A stretch of 31,561 nt of DNA from Thermoanaerobaculia bacterium (GCA_044226625.1 JBGAGQ010000070.1:1-31561), one strand, 5' to 3'. Shown: positions 16,929 to 24,883, counted from the stretch's first letter. Numbers and translations: made by a program. The notes: generated from the sequence alone by a model not told the origin.

Positions 16929-17022
16929 AGGGCCGAAGTCGTCCGCTTCGTGCCCGCTCGGGTTTGCATTTCGCTCGGCTTCGATGGGCGGGATGCTACC
17001 ACCCTCCCTCGGGGTCGCCCCG

Positions 17023-17448
17023 TCAGTTGCCGACGCCGTCCGCCCCCCAGACCGAGACCTGGTCCGGGTCGCCGTAGGTCGTCGAGCCGTAGAGTGAAGC
17101 ATAGGTGGTCTCCCCCGCGGCGTCCTCGGTCGACGAGTACGAGATGTAGATCCGCAACGCTTGGCCTTCGTACCAGCCGCTCCAACGCAAGGTGTCGCCG
17201 GTGAAGAGCAGGACGAGCGGCTGATGGGATTCGTCCTGGTCGTTCGAAGAGAGCACGACCTTCTCGCCGTCGAACACGGAGAAGCCGACGCAGATCTGAT
17301 AAGCCCCATCGAGAAAGGGGGCCGTGTCGCCCAACGTCTCGTCGCCGGTGCCGATCGAGATCGTCCATCCCTCCTGGAGCCACGGGTTCTCTCCGGTGAC
17401 CCATCGCACGATCCAGGTGCCCACGAAATCCTTGACGGTCGCTGCCAT
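17023..17448 (-). CDS. Hypothetical beta-rich acidic protein, 141 aa
   Basis: GAGGAGGGG precedes the ATG. Normal protein-like composition (Trp/Tyr/Asp-rich), no signal peptide, co-oriented between the CHAT and sigma genes. Confidence 0.75.
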   Translation of the reverse strand: MAATVKDFVGTWIVRWVTGENPWLQEGWTISIGTGDETLGDTAPFLDGAYQICVGFSVFDGEKVVLSSNDQDESHQPLVLLFTGDTLRWSGWYEGQALRIYISYSSTEDAAGETTYASLYGSTTYGDPDQVSVWGADGVGN

Positions 17449-17582
17449 TTTCCCCTCCTCGGTTTCGCCCGCGTTCCAGCTCCGCGGATCGATCTGTCGT
17501 TCGCTCTCTGCCCTTCGATCGTCGGTCCCTCTTTACCCGTTCAGTGGGGCCGGCACCCGTTTTCTCGCACCGGAACGGGATC

Positions 17583-20500
17583 TCAGCCCGCATCCCCCAA
17601 GAGCACCCACCCGGCCCAGAACACGGGATCGCGGGTGCGCCGTTCGGCGGCGACCGCGCGCTGGGCCGCGGCGAGCGCCGCTCCCGGCGCCAGGCGGTCG
17701 ATCCAGAGCGCGCGGTAGAACCGCTCCATGAACGCTGCCGCGGCCCGATCGTCGACCGCCCAGAGGCTCGCGACCACCCGCGATGCGCCAGCGTAGAGGA
17801 AGCCGCGCGCGAGGCCCACCAGACCTTCGCCCTGGACCTCTCCGCCGAGGGCCGTCTCGCAACCCGACAGGACGACCAGATCGGCGCCGAGGTTCAAGCG
17901 ATAGACGTCGCCCAGGTGGAGGAACCCCTCGACCGATTCGCCCGCCGGGGTGAAGCGCGAGAGCGCGAGCCCGGACAGGGAGGGCGAGGCGGCGTCGATC
18001 ACGCCGTGGGTCGCGAAGTGGAGCGTGCGGAAATCGGCGAGCCCGGCCGCCCCGGCCGCCGGCTCGAGCGCCGAGCGCGCGGCGTCGAAGCCCACGAGCA
18101 CCGAGCGCGGCTCGCCCGCGCTCTCGGGCGGGGCGAGCGCGAGGATGCGCTCGACCTCGACGGCGCTCGCCGGCAGGCGCTCGAACGGCTCGTCCCTTCG
18201 AGCTCCGGCCGCGGCCCGCGCCGCGGATCCTTGAAGGCGCGGGTCGCTCGCGGCGAAGACCGGATCGGCGAACGCCGCGATCAGACCGCGCGCGGGGGCG
18301 CGCCGCACCGCCCGGTCGCGCACCGCGGCGAGTACGGAGAGGGAGGGCACGAAGGAGATCTGGTGGTCGTCGACCAAAGAACGGTCGCTCCCCGGAACCG
18401 GGAGAGCCGCCCAAGGGAGGTAGGCCAGCGCGCAGTCGGTCTCGATCACGACCCGGCGCCGTCTGAGCTCGGGAGCGACCGGCCCGAGCAGGCGGCGCCC
18501 GAGCGCGCCGAGCCCCTCGGCCTCCGCCACCCGCTCGGCGGGATCGAAACGGCGAAGCGATCGGAACAGGTCGAGCGCCGCCCGCTCGATCTCCGCGCGT
18601 GGGCCGAGGTCGTGGCTCTCGACCTTTCCACCCGCCTCGCCGCGAGAGAGGCTCCAGACCCGGCTCTGCTCGGCTCCGAGTCGGAAGACGAGGACCACCG
18701 TGTCCGGATCGAGCGCCGCGGCGAACGTCTGAGGATCGAGTTCCGGAGGGTCGATCCAGTCGCGCGCGACCGGCGTTTGGGCGCGCGCTTCCGCCTCGAC
18801 CAGATCGAGCTCGATCGCGATTTCGGCCGCCTCCCGCCGCAGCTGGTCGCGCAACGCCGGGTTCGTGCTCGTCGCCGCCCGTTCCGCCTTCGCCGCCAGA
18901 CGCCGTGATAGATCGGCGCGACGCGCGGCGCTCGACGGGTCGATCGCCGCCGCGGGGTCGATCCCTTCCTGGGAGAGCCGCTCGACCAACGCCCGGCCGC
19001 GCGAGCGCTCGACCCGGGCGAGCGCCCGGAGGCTCCAGCCGGCGCCGGGGTGGATGCGATCGAGCGCGAGCGCGGTCTCGATCGCCGCCCCGGACGCGCT
19101 CGCGGCGAGTGTCGAGAAGCTGGTCTGCGCCTCGGCTCCGGGTAGATGCGCCCGCTCGCTCTCGAGCATCCGGAGCGATTCGTCGAACAGTCCCACCGCG
19201 GCCTCGAGGCGCCCTTCGGCACGGGCCAGCCGGCCGAGCGCAGCGAGCGCCTCGGCCTCGCGACGCGGCTGCTCCAACGTGCGAGCCAGGGCGAGCGCTC
19301 GCTCGAACGGCGGCCGCGCTTCCGCGAGCCGATGGGCCGCCAGCTCGAGCTCGCCGAGCGCCCGTTCGGCATCCCCGAGCTGCGCGAGGTCGCCGACCGC
19401 CTCGAGGCGCGCGAGCGCTTCGCCGAACGTGGTACGCGCGTTCTCCGTCTCGCCGCGTGCGGCCTCCGCTTTCGCTCGCGCCGCGAGCGCCATGCCCTCG
19501 CCGCGCGGGTCGCTCACGGCGCGAAACTTCGCGAGCGCGTTCTCGATCCGCGGCCGAGCGGCGTCCGGCCGCCCCTGGTCGAGCGCGGCCAGCGCCAGAT
19601 TGAGCGAGGTCGTGGCCTCTCCCCCGGCGTCTCCCGCTTCCCGCCAGAGAGGTAAAGCGGCCTGCCACTGCACCTCGGCCTCCTCCTGCCGCCCCATCCG
19701 CCGGTAGGCGAGACCGAGGTTGTTCTTCACCCGCGCCTGCCAGCGACGATCGCCGAGCGCCGAGAACTTCGCCGACGCCTCGGCATAGGCGGCGATCGCC
19801 TCACCGAACCGCCCCAGCTCCTGCTCGAGCAGGCCGAGATTGTTGAGCGTTCGCGCGCGCCCGACCTCGTCCCCCACCTTGTCCTCCAGGATGAGCGTCT
19901 GCCGGTAGAGCGAGAGAGCGGCCTCCGGTTCGCCGAGGAGGTCTTCGACCCGGCCGGCGGAGATCGCCGCCGACGCCTCGAGCGCAGGGGCTTGGGCTCG
20001 AGCGAGAGCCGCGCGCGCGAGGACGTAACACGAACGCGCCGCGGACAGGTTCCCCGCGACCGCATCCATGCGGCAGAGGTTGCTCGCCGCGACCGCTTTG
20101 ACGAAAGGATCCGAGGCTCGGTCGGCGAGCTCGGCCGCCTCTTCGAACGAGGCGCGCGCCGCCTCGTTTTCCCCTAGCAACTGATGATCGAGACCGATCT
20201 CGTTGGCGAGAGCTGCTGCAAGCCGACCGTCTAGCGCCGCGACCGGAGCGCGCGCTTCGGTCCCCCAGGAGAGCCCGTCCTTCGGCGAGTCCGTCAATCG
20301 CGCCACGACCGCGAGCGCGTAGAGAGCGCGCGCTTCGCCTCGTGCCTCTCCCGCGGCGCGAAATCCCGCGAGCGCCTCGGAATAGACGGCGAGGGCCTCG
20401 CGCCAGGAGGCGCGGTCGCCCAGCGCGTAGAGCTCGCTCGCCCGATCGAGCGCCTTCCAGGCCGGCACGAGGTCCGCGGCGGAAACGTCCAAGGAGAGGC

Positions 20501-20924
20501 AGACCTCCCCGGCCGGTGCGCCTCTCTCGCGCGCGCGGAGGGCGACCGGTTGCCCGGCGTCGCCGAGGAGAGCCGATTCCTCTCCCTGGCGATCCTGAGG
20601 GCTGTCGAGCCGGTGAGCTTCGGTTGGTGTGGAACCGGGTCGAGCGCCGATCTCGATCTCGACGTCGATCCCACGCTGTTCGACCACCAGCCGAAGGGGA
20701 CCCGTCGACGACGCATCGATCCCGACCGAGATCGAACCGCCCGCTGCAACCTCGCGGCAGGCGCGCTCGCCCGACCGGAGCGAAAGCTCCTGGCTCCGAA
20801 GGGGCGCGGCCGCCGACCAGGGCAGCGCGCACAGGGCGGCGAGCAAGGCGAGTGCCACCCCGCGCGGCAAGAGACCTCTCCACGCGCAAGGCGTCACGGC
20901 ATCGTCGGCGGGATCCGATGTCAT
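17583..20924 (-). CDS. TPR-repeat / CHAT (caspase-like clan CD) protease, 1113 aa
   Basis: N-terminal signal/TM segment (GVALALLAALCALPWSAAA), a beta domain (VVEQRGIDV) and many TPRs (ARTLNNLG, ARVKNNLG). CHAT motifs are YLPWAAL, AAFADPVF, LHFATHG (His), LVVLSGCETALG (Cys), VVASLWAVDD and PVFWAGW. Confidence 0.93.
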   Translation of the reverse strand: MTSDPADDAVTPCAWRGLLPRGVALALLAALCALPWSAAAPLRSQELSLRSGERACREVAAGGSISVGIDASSTGPLRLVVEQRGIDVEIEIGARPGSTPTEAHRLDSPQDRQGEESALLGDAGQPVALRARERGAPAGEVCLSLDVSAADLVPAWKALDRASELYALGDRASWREALAVYSEALAGFRAAGEARGEARALYALAVVARLTDSPKDGLSWGTEARAPVAALDGRLAAALANEIGLDHQLLGENEAARASFEEAAELADRASDPFVKAVAASNLCRMDAVAGNLSAARSCYVLARAALARAQAPALEASAAISAGRVEDLLGEPEAALSLYRQTLILEDKVGDEVGRARTLNNLGLLEQELGRFGEAIAAYAEASAKFSALGDRRWQARVKNNLGLAYRRMGRQEEAEVQWQAALPLWREAGDAGGEATTSLNLALAALDQGRPDAARPRIENALAKFRAVSDPRGEGMALAARAKAEAARGETENARTTFGEALARLEAVGDLAQLGDAERALGELELAAHRLAEARPPFERALALARTLEQPRREAEALAALGRLARAEGRLEAAVGLFDESLRMLESERAHLPGAEAQTSFSTLAASASGAAIETALALDRIHPGAGWSLRALARVERSRGRALVERLSQEGIDPAAAIDPSSAARRADLSRRLAAKAERAATSTNPALRDQLRREAAEIAIELDLVEAEARAQTPVARDWIDPPELDPQTFAAALDPDTVVLVFRLGAEQSRVWSLSRGEAGGKVESHDLGPRAEIERAALDLFRSLRRFDPAERVAEAEGLGALGRRLLGPVAPELRRRRVVIETDCALAYLPWAALPVPGSDRSLVDDHQISFVPSLSVLAAVRDRAVRRAPARGLIAAFADPVFAASDPRLQGSAARAAAGARRDEPFERLPASAVEVERILALAPPESAGEPRSVLVGFDAARSALEPAAGAAGLADFRTLHFATHGVIDAASPSLSGLALSRFTPAGESVEGFLHLGDVYRLNLGADLVVLSGCETALGGEVQGEGLVGLARGFLYAGASRVVASLWAVDDRAAAAFMERFYRALWIDRLAPGAALAAAQRAVAAERRTRDPVFWAGWVLLGDAG

Positions 20925-21095
20925 GGCGGAACCCGGAAAGCATAAACCGCCGCCGAAAAAGTCGCCTCCGAGGTTCGATCGGTGCTCCCATCGAGCCGCC
21001 GCATCGCTCCCGGAGGCACCAAGATTCCGATTTTAAACTATGCTTATTCGTCTTAACCGTCGCGGATTTCGCGTCCGCGGCACTCAGGAGGCCCC

Positions 21096-21284
21096 ATGAA
21101 CAAGCGAGCGAAGAAGTTGCAGCTGAACAGGGAATCTCTGACTCGTATGGATCTCGGCCACGCCGTCGGCGCGAAGACCGCGGAAGAGACGAACTGCATC
21201 GCCTGCAACACCATCGACCGGACCGCCTGCATCACCAACTGCGCCACCTGCGGCAACACCAACTACATCACCTGTCTCTGCTAG
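21096..21284 (+). CDS. Cys/Thr-rich RiPP-like precursor peptide A (62 aa)
   Basis: AGGAGG precedes the ATG. Leader MNKRAKKLQLNRESLTRMDLGHAVGA; core KTAEETNCIACNTIDRTACITNCATCGNTNYITCLC (7 Cys, 8 Thr). Followed by a hairpin. Confidence 0.8.
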   Translation: MNKRAKKLQLNRESLTRMDLGHAVGAKTAEETNCIACNTIDRTACITNCATCGNTNYITCLC

Positions 21285-21294
21285 AAATCCTCGA

Positions 21295-21331
21295 GGGCAG
21301 CTCCCGCGGGAACGCATGGCGGGAGCTGCCC
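21295..21331. terminator. 13-bp-stem hairpin after peptide A, between convergent genes
   Basis: GGGCAGCTCCCGC (21295-21307) / GCGGGAGCTGCCC (21319-21331), a perfect inverted repeat. Confidence 0.7.
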
Positions 21332-21393
21332 GACCTCTTCGGAAGGCGGCGAGGCTCTGCGAACGGAACGGACGCCCGTTCCGGCGGTCGGTC

Positions 21394-21903
21394 CTACTGC
21401 TCGTAGCCCTGGTAATTAGAATTCGAGCAGTTCACGACTACAGTCGAGCCGTTCAGGCTGAGCGACCAGGTCCAGGTCGCCGGATTGTCGTTGTCGTTCG
21501 TCCGCCAGTTGCAGGCAGGCATGACGGCGGACTGGCCGGAGCAAACGGAACCGTCGGTATTGTTCGCTTTGCAGTTCGCCTCTCCCGAGGCGAGCAGGCT
21601 CTGGCAGGAAGAAGAGATCGAGTAGAGAAGATTGGCTGGAAGACAGAGGTAGTTGCCTACGTTCTTCGGCGGAAACGTGGCGCCCGCGCAAGCGGAGCAG
21701 CTCGATTTGCTGCCGGTATTGCAGGAATGAAACGAAGCGCCCACGTCGGTGACGCGGTAGCCGGCCACGATGCTGCTGTTGTTGAACCCGGTCAGGCTGA
21801 GGTTGGCGCAGATGTTCTGGCCGGCCCTGGCGGTGCCGGCGACGAAAATAAAAGAGACGATCGAGACGACCACCGAAAGACCTACCCGCCGCACGCCATT
21901 CAT
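21394..21903 (-). CDS. Secreted Cys-rich protein (10 Cys, Ser/Asn-rich), function unknown
   Basis: AAAGGA precedes the ATG. Sec signal peptide ends TARA-G, and the mature part has 10 Cys. Confidence 0.8.
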   Translation of the reverse strand: MNGVRRVGLSVVVSIVSFIFVAGTARAGQNICANLSLTGFNNSSIVAGYRVTDVGASFHSCNTGSKSSCSACAGATFPPKNVGNYLCLPANLLYSISSSCQSLLASGEANCKANNTDGSVCSGQSAVMPACNWRTNDNDNPATWTWSLSLNGSTVVVNCSNSNYQGYEQ

Positions 21904-22080
21904 ATTTGTTCCTTTCTCGCGAGCGCCGCGCCATTGCAGCGCCGTGACATGCCGTTCGCTTGAGGTAGTGGGACGAGGGCGACCGATCTCGCATCTCGGC
22001 CTAAACCCCAGGCCGGTACCGTCCGTCCGTAGAATCTAGACGGAGAGGACGGAGCTAAATCCCCTCGACGAGGAGACCCA

Positions 22081-22947
22081 ATGGCACGAATCGGGGCGCC
22101 CCATGGGCTTTGGGCCTGCGTCGTCGCGACGTTCACACTCTTCGCACCATCCGCCGCCGGAGGCGCGAGCGGAGCCGACAGTCAGAGACGGATGACCCGC
22201 GATCTTGCCGAGGGACGGCCGATCGTCGTTCATGTGATCGTTGCGCTCTGCGACAACCTGCACCAGGGAATCGTTCCCGTGCCGAAGCATCTGGGTAACG
22301 GCCAGGATCCCGCGTCGAATCTCTATTGGGGCGCCACGTTCGGCGTGCGTTCCTATCTCGCGCGTCAGGCCCGATGGTCGCGGAGGCAGGCATCAATCCC
22401 CGGCTACGGCAGCGTCCTCGATCGAGCAGTTTTCTTCGGCATGATTTCCCGCAACGGAAAGCCGGCGCCTACTTACCTCATCGCCGACGCCTGGGACGGC
22501 GCGGCCATCCGGGCCGCGACCGAGAGGTTCTTGAAAATGGCGAGCGGCGGCTCGCCCGAGCAGGTTTCGTTCCGAAAGGGCACGGAAACGGTGCGGCTCG
22601 CCGCGGGCGGCGCGGCCCATCTGGTCGCTTACGTCGGACATGACGGGCTGATGGATTTCTCCCTGCCGCCGACGCCGGCCCTTTCCGAGCGAAAGGCCGG
22701 GAGCAGCCTCGTGTTGGCCTGCGCGAGCAAGCCCTATTTCCTCGATCGGCTGCGCACCGGCGGCTCGCATCCGCTCCTGCTCACCACCGGCCTGATGGCT
22801 CCCGAGGCGTACACCCTCGACGCGGCCGTCCGCGCCTGGGCGGCAGGGAGCTCCGTGGCCGCGGTACGAGAGGCCGCGGCTCAGGCGTATCAGAAGTTCC
22901 AGAAGACGGGGATCGGCGGCGCGCGCAAGCTGTTCTGGGGTGAGTAG
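22081..22947 (+). CDS. Secreted conserved hypothetical protein with a possible clan-CD His-Cys dyad
   Basis: GAGGAG precedes the ATG and an N-terminal signal-like segment follows. Motifs VALCDN..QGIVPV..LGNG.DP.SNLYWG, AYVGHDGLMD and LVLACAS. Confidence 0.75.
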   Translation: MARIGAPHGLWACVVATFTLFAPSAAGGASGADSQRRMTRDLAEGRPIVVHVIVALCDNLHQGIVPVPKHLGNGQDPASNLYWGATFGVRSYLARQARWSRRQASIPGYGSVLDRAVFFGMISRNGKPAPTYLIADAWDGAAIRAATERFLKMASGGSPEQVSFRKGTETVRLAAGGAAHLVAYVGHDGLMDFSLPPTPALSERKAGSSLVLACASKPYFLDRLRTGGSHPLLLTTGLMAPEAYTLDAAVRAWAAGSSVAAVREAAAQAYQKFQKTGIGGARKLFWGE

Positions 22948-23126
22948 GGAGCGGAGCCGCCCGCCGAGGTTCTAGATGCGCGAGATTCCGGCCCCCGGTA
23001 GATCATCTAACCATTGAAATCGGTCTCGTTATACAAATTGATTTGCACTACTCTTAATCGAGGTCCTTCCCTGCCGCCTTTTCACCGCTGAGGTGAACTC
23101 GGCGGCGTTCCGCGAAAGGAGAACCG

Positions 23127-23297
23127 ATGAAGAGAAAGATCGGCGTTCTGAAGCTTCACCGCGAGACCCTGAAGGCGCTCGAAACCCTCGAGCTCGAACC
23201 GGCGGTCGGCGCCTATACGACGCCGCGTCAATGCCCCTGGAGCGGCTACCAAACCTGTGGAACCTGTGTTCTGACTTGCGGCACCAACCTCTGCTGA
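23127..23297 (+). CDS. Cys/Thr-rich RiPP-like precursor peptide B (56 aa; absent from the ORF track)
   Basis: AAAGGAGA precedes ATG 23127. Translates MKRKIGVLKLHRETLKALETLELEPAVGA-YTTPRQCPWSGYQTCGTCVLTCGTNLC*, sharing LxLxRE[ST]L and AVGA with peptide A. Confidence 0.8.
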   Translation: MKRKIGVLKLHRETLKALETLELEPAVGAYTTPRQCPWSGYQTCGTCVLTCGTNLC

Positions 23298-23318
23298 CTC
23301 GTAGGCGATCTTAGAGAC

Positions 23319-23345
23319 CGCCCGCCGGGATGTTTCCGGCGGGCG
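23319..23345 (+). terminator. Hairpin after peptide B
   Basis: CGCCCGCCGG (23319-23328) / CCGGCGGGCG (23336-23345). Confidence 0.6.
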
Positions 23346-23697
23346 TTGCTGTCGCAGGTCCCCTTGAGCCCCGCCCGCGCACGGCGGCTCCTCTTGCTCG
23401 TACCCCACCTTCAATGCGCCTTCTGTCGGGACGCGGCATTTCGCCATCCGTTCCAAGGTGTGGAAGGCGAGTCACGCCCCGGACAACGACGAACCTAGGC
23501 ACCGCTCGTTATTAAAACTTTTGTTGCTACCCAAATTAACGGCGCGCAATTAATTACCTCTCCCTACAGTGTGAAGACGGCAGGTCCCGACCGGTTCGGC
23601 CGGCACACTCGCCGCCGATCCACTCAACAGGGAGACGCTCAATGAAACTCCAAAGTCTCATTCCAAGTGCTCCTCGTGGAAACTCCTGCAGAAGCCG

Positions 23698-24780
23698 ATG
23701 TTTCTCATTCCCCTTCTTGGAAGTCTCGGTGGCCTTGAAGCCGCTCATGCTTGTACCAAGCCATCTCGCCCGGAGGACCCCCCTCGGGCGTGGGTTCTGG
23801 TCCGTGGCAACGACGTGACGATCATGGTCCGTCCGTACACGACCTTCCAGGCGACCGGTGCCGTATGTGCCTGCGGGATGAAGAATATTCCTTCGATCGG
23901 TCAGACGACGGGGCTCTCGGTGCGCACCATGGACACCCAGCAAAGCCTCTTCTCGTTCTCCACCAACGGCAACACATCGACGGGGTTTGCCGGTGTCGCC
24001 GGCGGCCAGTGGGCGGGATTCTCCTCGGCTGCGACCCCGCAACCGATCGGCGCTGGGCAACAGGTGGAGCTCGTGTTCACCGGTAAGTTGGCCGCGGGCG
24101 CAAGTTTTCAGACCGTCATGAGCGATCTTCTCGCCAGCGGAAACTTCGGGACCGACCAAGGGACTTCGACAGGCGCCCTCAGCGGTGTGCACACCCACAT
24201 CACCCCTCCACCTCGTCTCGTCGACCCGGCGCTGGCCGGACCGGTGGGAAAGCTGAACGAAATGCATCTAGAGGCGCGATCCTCGATCGGCGTCCGCATT
24301 CAAGACCCGGATGATGGACTCGCGGAAATCCGCATGATCGGCGCTTCGAACATGGTCGAGACCGTTTCATCGTTCGCGCCGGGTACGCGGGAACCCGTCG
24401 AGGTGATCGTCGAGCGCTCGGACGACCGACTCCCCTCCTCGGCGACCATCGAAGCTTGTAACCTGCGGGGCGAATGCAACGTTTTCGAGCCTCGCCTCCA
24501 ACGCGTATTGCTCGGAGAGGCCGGACGCGCCGAGGTGATCTGGTCAAGGCTGACGTCGCGGTTGGGATTGATCCGAATCCGAAATCTCGAGGAGGGGTTC
24601 GCTCGAGCCAGCGTCTTCTCGAACGGCAGCCGCTTCTCACTTCGTCCACTCGAACGTGGCCAAGCAGTCGATCTGGACCTTCTCCTCGAGCCCGATGGGA
24701 ACCGAAGCAGCACCGTACGTACCGAATTTTCCGGGCCGGCCCTCGATGAGGCCGAGATCGGTTTCCTTGGCCTGCCTTAG
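23698..24780 (+). CDS. Probable secreted beta-rich hypothetical protein (true start may be near 23642)
   Basis: 360-aa ORF with a hydrophobic N-terminus ending AAHA-C, a Thr/Ser/Gly-rich N-terminal domain and an acidic C-terminal domain. Confidence 0.7.
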   Translation: MFLIPLLGSLGGLEAAHACTKPSRPEDPPRAWVLVRGNDVTIMVRPYTTFQATGAVCACGMKNIPSIGQTTGLSVRTMDTQQSLFSFSTNGNTSTGFAGVAGGQWAGFSSAATPQPIGAGQQVELVFTGKLAAGASFQTVMSDLLASGNFGTDQGTSTGALSGVHTHITPPPRLVDPALAGPVGKLNEMHLEARSSIGVRIQDPDDGLAEIRMIGASNMVETVSSFAPGTREPVEVIVERSDDRLPSSATIEACNLRGECNVFEPRLQRVLLGEAGRAEVIWSRLTSRLGLIRIRNLEEGFARASVFSNGSRFSLRPLERGQAVDLDLLLEPDGNRSSTVRTEFSGPALDEAEIGFLGLP

Positions 24781-24883
24781 TGGCGTTGGTCCCTATCGGC
24801 CGTTCTCCTGTCGTTGGCAGCGGATCTAGAGAATGGAAGCACCCGGACGGCCGAGTCGTCCGGGCGCCCTTTCGCACGTCGCC

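Noticed and set aside
15386-20924. Type III-E CRISPR (Craspase) or gasdermin/caspase defence locus
   Set aside because: No cas genes, repeat-spacer array or gasdermin-like ORF was recognised, and the CHAT protein appears exported.
21096-23297. Complete lanthipeptide or ranthipeptide biosynthetic gene cluster
   Set aside because: No dehydratase, cyclase, radical SAM (CxxxCxxC) enzyme or peptidase-ABC transporter lies in the window, so the RiPP class cannot be assigned.
23093-23314. 73-aa ORF from the track
   Set aside because: It overlaps the better-supported frame 23127..23297, which has an RBS and clear paralogy to peptide A.
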